A program made the position numbers and the translations under genes. A stretch of DNA of 63,805 nt, the filler included, from Vannella sp. (lineage: Eukaryota): NCBI GenBank assembly GCA_023345925.1. It is 6 parts of 6 records of this genome, joined end to end, with 100 filler letters (N's around TTAATTAATTAA, not from the genome) between each part and the next. Parts side by side here need not be neighbours in the genome. Positions count along the whole stretch, not along the records: positions 1 to 12,920 come from JAJQQN010000544.1; 5 more parts are not named here. One strand, given 5' to 3'. This document shows, piece after piece, positions 1-9,400 of this stretch; within the stretch, counting starts at the first letter, position 1, and each line of letters begins with the position of its first letter. Below the pieces are notes generated by a model. It did not search any database, was not told the origin of the DNA, and was given only the letters and a program-made list of their open reading frames with translations.

Positions 1-768
1 TCCTTCTCCGAACGGGTACCAGAGACTCTCTTTGAAAGGACTTTGAACTGTTCGTAGCAGACAAAGTAAGTTCCCACGAAGGGCCCGTACGTCAACAGCC
101 CTGCTCCAAAGCCTTTCCACAGTCCACCCACGCCTTCATCCTTCAGCACTTGCCTGATGATCGTAAAGACAGGAAGGCGTTGGTCTGGGGGGAGCACTTG
201 TAAGCGCTGCTTCAAAACGTCCTGAGGAGTCCACAGGATTGCTCCGAGGAACTCTGCCACAAGACCAGAGACAAAGTGAACCCAAGTCTACTCTCCTGTG
301 GAGTAAGAACAACGCAGATGTCATGATCAGAGGCGATCAGCCGGGGCACGTACTGACTTCTCCTCTACGCTTTTGGAGGGCTCCAAGAAACGCTTGGAGC
401 ACTCATAACCAAGGAAGTAGAAGGCATTGGCGGGTATTGTGAACAGGAGAACGGGGGGAAGTCCTCCAAAGACTCCTCGAAAGCCTTCTGCTCGGAAGAC
501 TCTCCCAAAGGCTTGGATCAGTCCAGTGTACTGTCCCTAAGGGTGTGACAAAGTTGGTATTGTATAAAGGTGTGTGCAGAGAGAGCCTTACTTGTCCTCG
601 CTGGTGCTGTAAACGGGCTCGAATCGTATCGATTGGATGAGTGCACACCTCTGCAAAGAGTCCAGCCATCGCCCCACTGGCCAATTGTACCAAAGGTCCT
701 TCTTCATCGGATGCAGTGGCCCCAGAGACTCTTTCCGCCTTCCCCACAACCTTCCCAGTGTCACTCAT
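1..768 (-). CDS. Mitochondrial carrier family (SLC25) protein, spliced, 3'-truncated at contig start
   Basis: Px[DE]xx[KR]xR carrier signatures PIDTIRARLQ and PQDVLKQRLQ, plus EGFRGVFGG and EGVGGLWKG motifs across short GT-AG introns. Confidence 0.9.
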
Positions 769-934
769 CTCCAGGCCACCAAATAATGATCTTCGAGGAA
801 GTGATAGAATTCAATCGGTTATGAAAAATTGATTTGGCTCTCTTCGAGGAATTGAAGTTGTCCACTCTTTGCCTCCCTCTTGGCTGTCGCACATGGTGAG
901 GTGTCGGTCTCAATGGCACAGGAAAGCGTGTTGT

Positions 935-1759
935 TTATAACTCGTTGGCATCAGAGAAGCCCTCTCTCTCTGCAATCTGGGGAGCGAGTTCAATGAGGGT
1001 CAAGATGCTCATATCCTTGAGTGATTGGGGAGTGGTGTGGTCTTGGTCTTTGGCGTACTTGAGAAGAGTCTCCACAACCCTAGATTCTGTAGCGGCTGTT
1101 TTGAGGCCTTCGTCCGCGGAGGATAGGTGGCGGAGGACAACCGTCGCTTTTGTAGCAACTGGGCTATCTTCAGAGGCCTCAATGAGTCTCACCAAGAGAG
1201 GGACAACAGTGTCTTTGTGCTCATTGAAGTAGGCCAGTCCTTCGGGGCAGTCCCTCGCCATGGCAGAGACGATCCCAAGAGCTCGTTGGTTCACCTTGGG
1301 GTGTTTACTTAACTGTAATAGCTTGATTGTGATCCCAAGGATGCCCTGAGAGGCGATTGTGGTCTGGCAAAAGGGGTTGTTCTGAGCGAGAGTGCTGATG
1401 ACCCAGCAGGCCATCCACCTGACCTCAGCAGCCTTCTCTGTCTGATTCTCGTCCTCTAATCGGTATGTCATAGCCTGGGTAACCTCTCCGAGTCCAATCT
1501 TGGCCAAGTCGTTGGCATTGTCCACGTCCTCCACGAGATCCTGGAGCATCTCTAGCGCACTGATCTTATCCTCCTCCACAGTATCAAGTAGAATCTTGAT
1601 ACATTGCTTCATCTGCTTTGCCACCGAAGGAAGGGATTCCATCACCTTCCTCAACCACACATAATCCTCCGGATCCCTCTCCAGCCGTGTCTCGTGGAGG
1701 TTTGGCGCATCGTTTGCTTCCAAGCAAAACTTAAGAAGGGCAAAGTCCATGCCATCCAT
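935..1759 (-). CDS. Hsp70 nucleotide-exchange factor, Fes1/HSPBP1 family
   Basis: ALEMLQDLVEDVDNANDL and VRWMACWVISTLAQNNPFCQ match the Fes1/HSPBP1 ARM-repeat core; intronless. Confidence 0.85.
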   Translation of the reverse strand: MDGMDFALLKFCLEANDAPNLHETRLERDPEDYVWLRKVMESLPSVAKQMKQCIKILLDTVEEDKISALEMLQDLVEDVDNANDLAKIGLGEVTQAMTYRLEDENQTEKAAEVRWMACWVISTLAQNNPFCQTTIASQGILGITIKLLQLSKHPKVNQRALGIVSAMARDCPEGLAYFNEHKDTVVPLLVRLIEASEDSPVATKATVVLRHLSSADEGLKTAATESRVVETLLKYAKDQDHTTPQSLKDMSILTLIELAPQIAEREGFSDANEL

Positions 1760-1866
1760 CCCCGTCTCCCAATCAATGGAACATCCCTCGCGCTTCCTCT
1801 GCCCAATCCGAATGACTTCTTGCTGACTTCTCCGCGAGATTTCGTTGAAACTTCGGTGCTTCTGTT

Positions 1867-2319
1867 ATGATTGTGTGGGTAGCTGGTTGCAACACATCTT
1901 GGACCTACTCGTTCGATAGTCATGACACAGCATGTCTTCTCAAATGGCTCGACAAGCAAATTGTTCTCGCAATCCACGGTCAACAATTAGTCGAACATGG
2001 TGGAAGTCCTGGACTCCTGAACCCAGGACTTCTTGAATCATCTTTGACCTCTCCTCTCAATATCTACAACTACGAAGAGAACCCTTCAGTGTTTTACCTC
2101 GCTGCCGCCTTTGGCTTTTCCCTGGTCAAGAACCATGCTTTTTTAGATGGGAACAAGCGAGTTGCCTTTCAGGCAATGTTCACTTTTTTGAAGATCAATG
2201 GGGTTCTCCTAGAAGTGTCAGAACAAGAAGCAACCTTGTTTATGCTCAACCTTGCTGAGAGCAAAGAGTCCCAGGAAAGCCTAACCCAATGGCTAGAAAC
2301 GTTCAGCTCGAAAGTTTGA
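1867..2319 (+). CDS. Death-on-curing (Doc)-type Fic-family protein, bacterial-like
   Basis: WLDKQIVLAIH..QLVEHGGSPGL..GLLESSL..P and the active-site loop NHAFLDGNKRVA; size and layout match bacterial Doc-family toxins. Confidence 0.9.
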   Translation: MIVWVAGCNTSWTYSFDSHDTACLLKWLDKQIVLAIHGQQLVEHGGSPGLLNPGLLESSLTSPLNIYNYEENPSVFYLAAAFGFSLVKNHAFLDGNKRVAFQAMFTFLKINGVLLEVSEQEATLFMLNLAESKESQESLTQWLETFSSKV

Positions 2320-2489
2320 GACAGATAACTCAGTTTTAAGTAACATCCACTTCTGATCGTCTGCCACATGATTAAATCCTCCTCAAATTCACGACGATCA
2401 CCCACAACGCAACAGAAATTGTTCACAGAAAGACTTCGCAACCCTGGTAATATCCCCTCACCAAATGATTGTGTACAGTGCATTATTGA

Positions 2490-4334
2490 CTAATGATTGG
2501 TCCACAGCCTAACGCTAGGGTCGCTGTAAGAGGGTAATTGTTTGATAAAAAGTCCGATGGGAGGCCAGAACTGCCAAAGAGAGACCAAAGTCCAAAAGGC
2601 ACTGATGAGTGGAGGAAACACCCTGTTCATATCACACATGCGAGATGATCCAAGTCCACGGCAGGCTTGAGCTAACTCGAAGACAGCGCAAATGAGAGCA
2701 GCTGTGGCAAACGTGTAGTAGGCCAAATTCGGTAAGATATAACGGAGCTCCTGGTTCTGGCGGGCCCGTTTATCTTTAGGAGTCACTGTGAAATGAAGGG
2801 GCCGACAAGTTAGCACGCAAGCTATGGCACTGAGGAAGCAAGGAACAATAAAGACAACTTCCTGAAGACTTTTGCGAATGTACTTAAATGGCACACCTTG
2901 ATTAGCAGTCACTGATAACACTAAATTGAAGAGTAGGAGAGGAATAGCGAAGCCAAGATATTGAAGCGATTGGAAGTGCCCAAGAGATATGTCAGACTCA
3001 GGCCCATAAACCCTAACTATAAGGAATAGTGGGGGCACTATAGTCAGAACAGAGATTGGGAGTGCCAGGAGGTTATTGAAGCCAGCAAAAAAGTAAAGGA
3101 ATCGCTGGGTGATTGTGAGTCCCTTCCGGAAGAGTGGATTGTGTCTGAAAAAGATTTGAAGTCCTCCTGCTGACCAACGGAACCTCTGCTTGAAAAAATC
3201 AGAGTACGTGTCTGGGGCAAGTCCGGTGCAAAGAACTTCGCTCAGATACTTTGTCTTGAACCCAGCTCCATGCAAGGCCAAGCTTGTCAGAAAATCTTCA
3301 GTGATTGAGCCATATTGAAAGTATCCTACACTCTCCAGAGCTTTCCTCTGGAAGATGACGTTCGTTCCACAACATGGAGCTGATCCTCCGGCATCCCAAG
3401 CTCTAAGAGCAGGTCCGTAGAAGCTCCGGTTGGTCTGACCTAAAGGGTCATTGGAGGGGATGTTATAGAAGGACTGAGGCGTTTGAATCATACAACAACG
3501 CTCATCAATGGTATGAGGTGAAGAGTAGAAGTGCGGCACAGTTGCCTGAAGAAAGTCGGGACTGCAAATCATATCACAATCAAACACCACAACGAGCTGC
3601 CCTTGGCTTTGAGTTAACCCATAGTTCACATTACCAGCCTTGGCATGATGAGGAACACCTGATTCTTTGGTCCGAGCAATATAATACACCTGAGGACCTT
3701 CAAAGCCGGCTATCGCCTCCACCATCCGCCGATTCTCTACATCACCAGCATCATCAAGAACGTAAATCTTCAACCTATCTTGAGGATATCGAAGGGCCCT
3801 GGAGGCCATCATAGTCGCTTGGACAAGTTCCAACGGTTCAGTATAAGTTGGAATGAGAACATCCACTGTGGGATACTCTCCCACGATTTCAGGAAGATCT
3901 CTTAACCGTAGTTGCTTCCGCTTGATTTGATATAAAGTGACAAAGAGAGTGGTAACGCTCCCCAGAAGGACGATGGCCGTCTCGCATGCAAAGAAGGGTA
4001 TTGAGAGCCAGTATGTTGATGAGGAAGACCAAAAGGAAGGCCAGCGCCATGCTTCGTACGCCACAGTTGACGTTATTGCCAAAAGTGCCGCTAAAATGCG
4101 CGGAAAGGAGGGTCGGATGGGTGAGTCCTCTTCGAAGGGGTCAGATGGAGGGACATATAAGGTGCTAGAGTCACCAAGATCCTCTTCCTGTTCGCTGGGA
4201 AACGACAAGTCCAACGGTGATAGTGAATCAGCATGTTTAAGGAACTCCGCTGCTCGGGATGCAACGGAATGCCAGCTATTCTCCTCCAAACGGATCTCCG
4301 AAGCGCAAGAAGGTTCTACCAACTCTCTCTCCAT
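2490..4334 (-). CDS. GT2 cellulose synthase catalytic subunit (BcsA/CesA-like), intronless
   Basis: DVLIPTYTEP, LDD, HAKAGN, FDCD, QTPQSFYN, CCGTN, TED and QRFRW (QxxRW) motifs, with N- and C-terminal TM helices; first ATG at 4334 (the ORF-track start at 4463 is TTG). Confidence 0.9.
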   Translation of the reverse strand: MERELVEPSCASEIRLEENSWHSVASRAAEFLKHADSLSPLDLSFPSEQEEDLGDSSTLYVPPSDPFEEDSPIRPSFPRILAALLAITSTVAYEAWRWPSFWSSSSTYWLSIPFFACETAIVLLGSVTTLFVTLYQIKRKQLRLRDLPEIVGEYPTVDVLIPTYTEPLELVQATMMASRALRYPQDRLKIYVLDDAGDVENRRMVEAIAGFEGPQVYYIARTKESGVPHHAKAGNVNYGLTQSQGQLVVVFDCDMICSPDFLQATVPHFYSSPHTIDERCCMIQTPQSFYNIPSNDPLGQTNRSFYGPALRAWDAGGSAPCCGTNVIFQRKALESVGYFQYGSITEDFLTSLALHGAGFKTKYLSEVLCTGLAPDTYSDFFKQRFRWSAGGLQIFFRHNPLFRKGLTITQRFLYFFAGFNNLLALPISVLTIVPPLFLIVRVYGPESDISLGHFQSLQYLGFAIPLLLFNLVLSVTANQGVPFKYIRKSLQEVVFIVPCFLSAIACVLTCRPLHFTVTPKDKRARQNQELRYILPNLAYYTFATAALICAVFELAQACRGLGSSRMCDMNRVFPPLISAFWTLVSLWQFWPPIGLFIKQLPSYSDPSVRLWTNH

Positions 4335-4489
4335 ATCCACAATGAGCCTTGGATCACCCTCCGGAGCAGCAAAGCCTGTGAAGGGCCAAAAGCCCCTCCG
4401 CAAGTCCAGCAGCAAAGACGCCTTTGCAACGCCAGACAAGAACGTGTTGACAAATGGCCCCAATTTAGTTCAATCAAATCAAATAATAA

Positions 4490-5824
4490 TTATTTCTTTG
4501 TCTGGTCGCCCTGTTTGGGGGTGGCGGACCGAAGATGTCCGAGGAGGGATTGTGCTGCTGCTATCTTCTTGGAAGGCCCTTGTTTTGAAGTGGGAGTGCT
4601 TCCTGGTAGGTTGAGATGAAAGGCTCGGGCGAGTTGGTGAGTGACATCGCTTGGGGCGATCTGGGCGGCTTTCATCGCTCGGAGGACTCGTTCTACTTTG
4701 GCGGGGTTCTTTGGTTCTAAGGAACACCGCGCGGAGAGGAGAGAGTTGATGAAAGTGATCTCAAGGGATAGGTCTGCGGCATTGTCCTCCAACTGATCGA
4801 TTCTTTGGATGTCTCCGCCTTGTGTGAAGAACCTGACGAAAGGAGAGAGCCATTCAGTGCTTGACAGTAGTCCTTCCCTCTCTCTAACATCTTGGAGTAT
4901 GGAAGAAGCTTCTTCCTCCATGTGATTGTCGAGATAGGCTCTAATCATGGCTTTGAAGAGTCCTGCATCTGCAGTTCCCTTCGTTGTCTCTAAGATGCCT
5001 GGAAGGAGGTCACACCGACCTTGCGAACCGTAGAACTGAACCACTAAAGCGTAAAAGTGAGAAGATAACGGCAGCTGGAGAGATCGAAGCGACTCTATCA
5101 TCTGAAGTGTTTGGTCCGTTCTCCTTGATGAGATGAAGTACTTGAGGCAGATGGTATAAGTAGCCTCAGAAGCGACTACCCCGCTTTGTATCATGTCTTC
5201 TAGGAGGTTGTGAATGGGCTCCCAAGGGGCAAATGGCTCACGGGTTGCGAAACCCAACATCATGTTGAAGGTACCAGTGGACACTCTCCGGTTGTTGGAA
5301 TGAGCCATATCCTTGATACGTCCCCAAACAACATAAACTGACTGGTTGTCGCCCTTTTGGACAAAGAGGGCCAGCACACGCTCTAGTGTCCTGGAATCGA
5401 CTTCGATCTCAGCTTGTTGGAGATGAGAGAGAAGATCAAGAGTGGCACTCGTGTTCCCTCGCTTAGTGTGGTATTCAATTAAGTTGTGAAAGGGCTCTGC
5501 TGTGAGTGAACATCCTAGCTCCTCGTAAAGGCTGATCACCTCCTCAGCCCGTGCCACTTCTCCCCTTCCAACGTGATATCTCACCAGTGCTGCACAGATG
5601 AAGTGAGATGGACACTGCTTGGAGGTATGGAAGGAGGACTCCAAAGCAACAGCTTGCGCAGGGTGCTTCTCCAACAGAGAAAAGAATCTCTTCTCGTCAG
5701 AGAGAGACACTTTGCGCACCGAGGCGGAGGACGACCAGCTCTCAAAGACACGCTTCAGTGGGGCAACTGTTGCGCAGCTCCGTTTGAGGGGCAGGGATCG
5801 ATATCGCGCCACCGTCCTCAACAT
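4490..5824 (-). CDS. Pentatricopeptide-repeat (PPR) protein, probably mitochondrial
   Basis: Arg/Ser-rich presequence (MLRTVARYRSLPLKR) and ~35-aa helical repeats (FHNLIEYHTKRGN, TYTICLKY, FKAMIRAY). Confidence 0.75.
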   Translation of the reverse strand: MLRTVARYRSLPLKRSCATVAPLKRVFESWSSSASVRKVSLSDEKRFFSLLEKHPAQAVALESSFHTSKQCPSHFICAALVRYHVGRGEVARAEEVISLYEELGCSLTAEPFHNLIEYHTKRGNTSATLDLLSHLQQAEIEVDSRTLERVLALFVQKGDNQSVYVVWGRIKDMAHSNNRRVSTGTFNMMLGFATREPFAPWEPIHNLLEDMIQSGVVASEATYTICLKYFISSRRTDQTLQMIESLRSLQLPLSSHFYALVVQFYGSQGRCDLLPGILETTKGTADAGLFKAMIRAYLDNHMEEEASSILQDVREREGLLSSTEWLSPFVRFFTQGGDIQRIDQLEDNAADLSLEITFINSLLSARCSLEPKNPAKVERVLRAMKAAQIAPSDVTHQLARAFHLNLPGSTPTSKQGPSKKIAAAQSLLGHLRSATPKQGDQTKK

Positions 5825-5876
5825 AGAAATGCCTCGATCACTGAGATACAGGTTTATGATAAATGGGTTTACCTAT

Positions 5877-6286
5877 TTAATCAAAGAGACCGAAGCCCAT
5901 GTCCTCCTCAGACTCGTCCTCGGACTCGACCTTCTTCTTTTCCTCCTCAGCGGGGGCAGCGGCGACGGGGGCACCACCAGCAGCGGCGGGAGCACCACCA
6001 GCAGCGGGGGCAGCACCTCCTCCAAGGATGATGTCATCAATTTGGGAAGCGTCCTTGCCCTCCAAGAGCTTTGCGAAGATTCGTGGCCAGTAAGCAGCAA
6101 CGAACTTAATGTTGGCAGCAGCGAGAACGGCCTTCAGGTTGTCCTCCTAGATGACAGTTGTTAACCCCAGTTTTTGGCTCCTTTGCTAAATCTTACGGTG
6201 ATGGGGAGGTTGTCGTCATGGAGAACCAACGCAGCGTAGGTGATGGCGAGTTCTTCCTTCTCAGCGGGAGTAGTGGGAGCAGGCAT
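5877..6286 (-). CDS. RPLP1: 60S acidic ribosomal protein P1 (one intron, 6147-6196)
   Basis: [35 protein letters not shown], Ala/Gly hinge, and C-terminal [10 protein letters not shown]. Confidence 0.95.
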
Positions 6287-6416
6287 GCCGACTGACGAAA
6301 ACAAAAAAGGAACGAGAGCAAAGGCAAACTGACGAAACTTTCGGACGAAAATTTAAGAAGTTTAATGGAACCCCACACGCAACAATTAAAGGCAGATTAA
6401 CCTCTTTATTCAATTC

Positions 6417-9400
6417 ATGATCAACATGGAGGATCAAGAGGGAGTATTTCCAAGTTGCCTGAAACTGAAGGACTACCGAGCCGTCAAGTTGGGCAAGGGC
6501 CGTATCTTCCGACCTCTACAAGATATTTACAGCCAAAGCGACATCCTAGAAGGCGGAGTTGATGCGCCAAGATGTCCTGATCTGTGGAGCATGGCCCAAG
6601 AAGGGGGTGTGGATGAGCTACGCGGCGACCTTGAGGGTATTAAGGCGCGTGCCAAGGAGGTGCACGAAAAGAATGAGATGAAGAAACGCTCCGTCATTAG
6701 CGAGGCCTCTCGAGGATCGAGAACCTGCCCTCCCTTCCTCCTTAGTGCTTGCCCTAGTGACACGAAAGGGGATTTGTTGGAAGTGGCGCTGAATCAAAGA
6801 GCGTGGAGTTGTGTATCATGCTCCCATACCAAGAGGGGATTCACCATTTGCTGCTTGTGGTGCGCAAAGAAGTGCCACGCAGGTCATTTGATCCGTGAGA
6901 CAACATCCCAGCTTCCTCAGTGTGACTGCGGGACCACTGGCCATGAACCACCCACCAAAGCAGTCAGTGGGTCTGATTTAGACCTTACAGATGGGGTAGG
7001 AGAGGCTACTTCTCCAGGAGATCGCTTCTGATCAAGTTGGGCATCAGGAGGGAATCACTGCGCTCTTCCACGCAGCAAACAAGAGCCGATTGGAGATGGT
7101 CAGATTCCTCCTTCAAGAGGGATCAAGTCCGTTGGCTCTGAATCAAGTGAGCCCTTAATCTCAAGAGTTCTCCGAAGTTAACTCGCCTGGAAAGGATGGG
7201 ATGAGTGCTCTACATGCTGCTTGCCTTGCAGAGGACTTAGATATCACACACATCCTCTTGGAAAATGGTGCAAGAGTCAATCAACGGGATCTTACGGTGA
7301 GAACGGCCTTTTGTCTATCAGAAAGGAGCTTATTGCGAGTAGAGCGAGTTGACACCTCTCCATATTGCTTGCGAGAACGGAAGCACAAGTGTAGCTCGTA
7401 TATTGATTGAAAACGGAGCAGAAATCGATGCCACAACAAGCACAGGATATACACCTCTTATGCTAGCTGCTCGGAAGGGAGAAGGCCCTCTGGTAGAGCT
7501 CCTTCTCAACCACAAATCCAAGATAGAACTGAAGAACCATGACGAATCCACAGCATTGGATATCGCTGTGAGATACGCTAACTTGGACTGTCTAGTTCTT
7601 CTTTTGTTGTTCGGGTCAAAACTCCAGTTTCGGTCGAAAACGGTGCGGCATCTTATCAGAAAGTGGTAGATTCGCGAACTTACCTCTGGGTGTTTAGGGA
7701 AAGCAACTTATGGGCACTCTTATGAGGCCTCGAAGGCATCGGCAGAAGCGGTCACCAACGATCAGGCAAAGTGGAGGGACTGGGGCACTCTACAAGCTCA
7801 CCCGGGATGCACTTTTCCGCTGTGCCTGCCTGTTAGATGATATTCAGCTATTGTCGGACGTGATGACCTACTTTCGGCTTGACATTGATGAGCGCCTCTC
7901 AGCGTATCAGAGTGACAGTGGGATGGAGTTTGAGAGATCTGTCTTCCAGAATTCAGAGAGCCTCCCTTTAATAACTGCCTTAGCTGCCGTTAAGATACAC
8001 GGAAAGACTGGGGTAATCGAAAAACTCTTCCAGAATCAAATCAATGTCTACCGAAAGGAGGAAGGATTGCCCCTTTTGATACTCCAATGTCATTCCTTGG
8101 ATGTTCAGTTCACATGGATAGAACATTATGCCCATTCTAGCAAGTTCCGAAGTACCACTTTGAGGCTCTCTGACTGTGGTCTACCGTGTCTGCCACTTCC
8201 TTTCCTCGATGCACTTCGTATTTACAACGGAACTGGAAACGACAAGCACATAGTGGCTCTAGATTTGCAGGACAACCTTTTGGATAGTATTCCTCCCCAA
8301 CTAGCAAGTATAGGCCATTTGAAGGAAGTTAATCTACAAGGAAATCCCCTTGGGATAATGAATTGGATGGCAGACCGCACCTGGCTAGAGGTTAAAGAAT
8401 ACCTTTCCAAATTGGAAGCGCGAACCTCTCAATGGAACTCCTGTCGCATCCTATTGGTGGGTGACCGGGGATCAGGCAAGTCAGCCTTGGCAGATTGTTT
8501 TCGCAAGAAGAGAGGTTCCACAAGTTCAAGGCATTCTTCTGTGCCTGTTCATAGCCTCGTTGTTCATCCACATACCTGTATTGACAAGAGCAAATCCATC
8601 CAATTCAACCTGTGGGACCTTGGTGAAGATGAGGTGTTCTACCCAACTCATCGCCTCTTCATGTCCAATCTTGGAATCTGCATCATCGCTATGGATGTTG
8701 CAGCCAACATAAGAATGTGGTTGGATGGTGATCTCAGCTTTTTACACCGAATAGGATATTGGCTTCAAACGGTTCGTTCTTTGTCCTCTCAGGAACGCAC
8801 CCGGCTTCCAGTTTTACTTGTTGGAACTCACGACGACCAAGTAGAGGTCTCATCGGACATCAAAACGGACTTCAGAATGCTCTTACGGAGGCACTTTCCA
8901 CGGGAAATCTTTTACTTTCTCAAGGAAACTCTTTTCGTGAGCTGCAAGAATGGTTCTGGTATCTCCGAGCTAAAGCAACACCTTTTGGACATTGCCTCGG
9001 CTCCAAACTTTCTTCCAATGGTCCAGGAATCTTGGGTGCGCCTCCATGATCTTCTTGAGAGTGTCCCCACGAAACCGACTAGAAAGCTCTCTGCAAGTGC
9101 ATCTAAGCGCACAGAGGTGGGCACCTCGGCTGTGGAGATTCAAAATCAAGAAGGCGATGTCATTCCTTGGGAAAAGTATATGTATTACGCTGAACAGTGT
9201 CAAGTTACCGACCTTAGAGAAGCAACCGAATTCCTGAAAGGCGAAGGTCGCATTATTCACTTTGGCGACTTAGCACACCCTTCCTCTGGGAGCTTAGTCA
9301 TTCTCAATCCGCACTGGATTATCGGGTTGATGGGCACACTGACCAACCTAAGACACTCAACGCTCTCATCAGGGTTCCTCCCAATAAGTGATATCCCCAA

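Noticed and set aside
935..2319. Functional link between the Hsp70 exchange factor and the Fic protein, by analogy to FICD-BiP
   Set aside because: The motif is Doc-type rather than FICD-type, and head-to-head adjacency is routine in this compact genome
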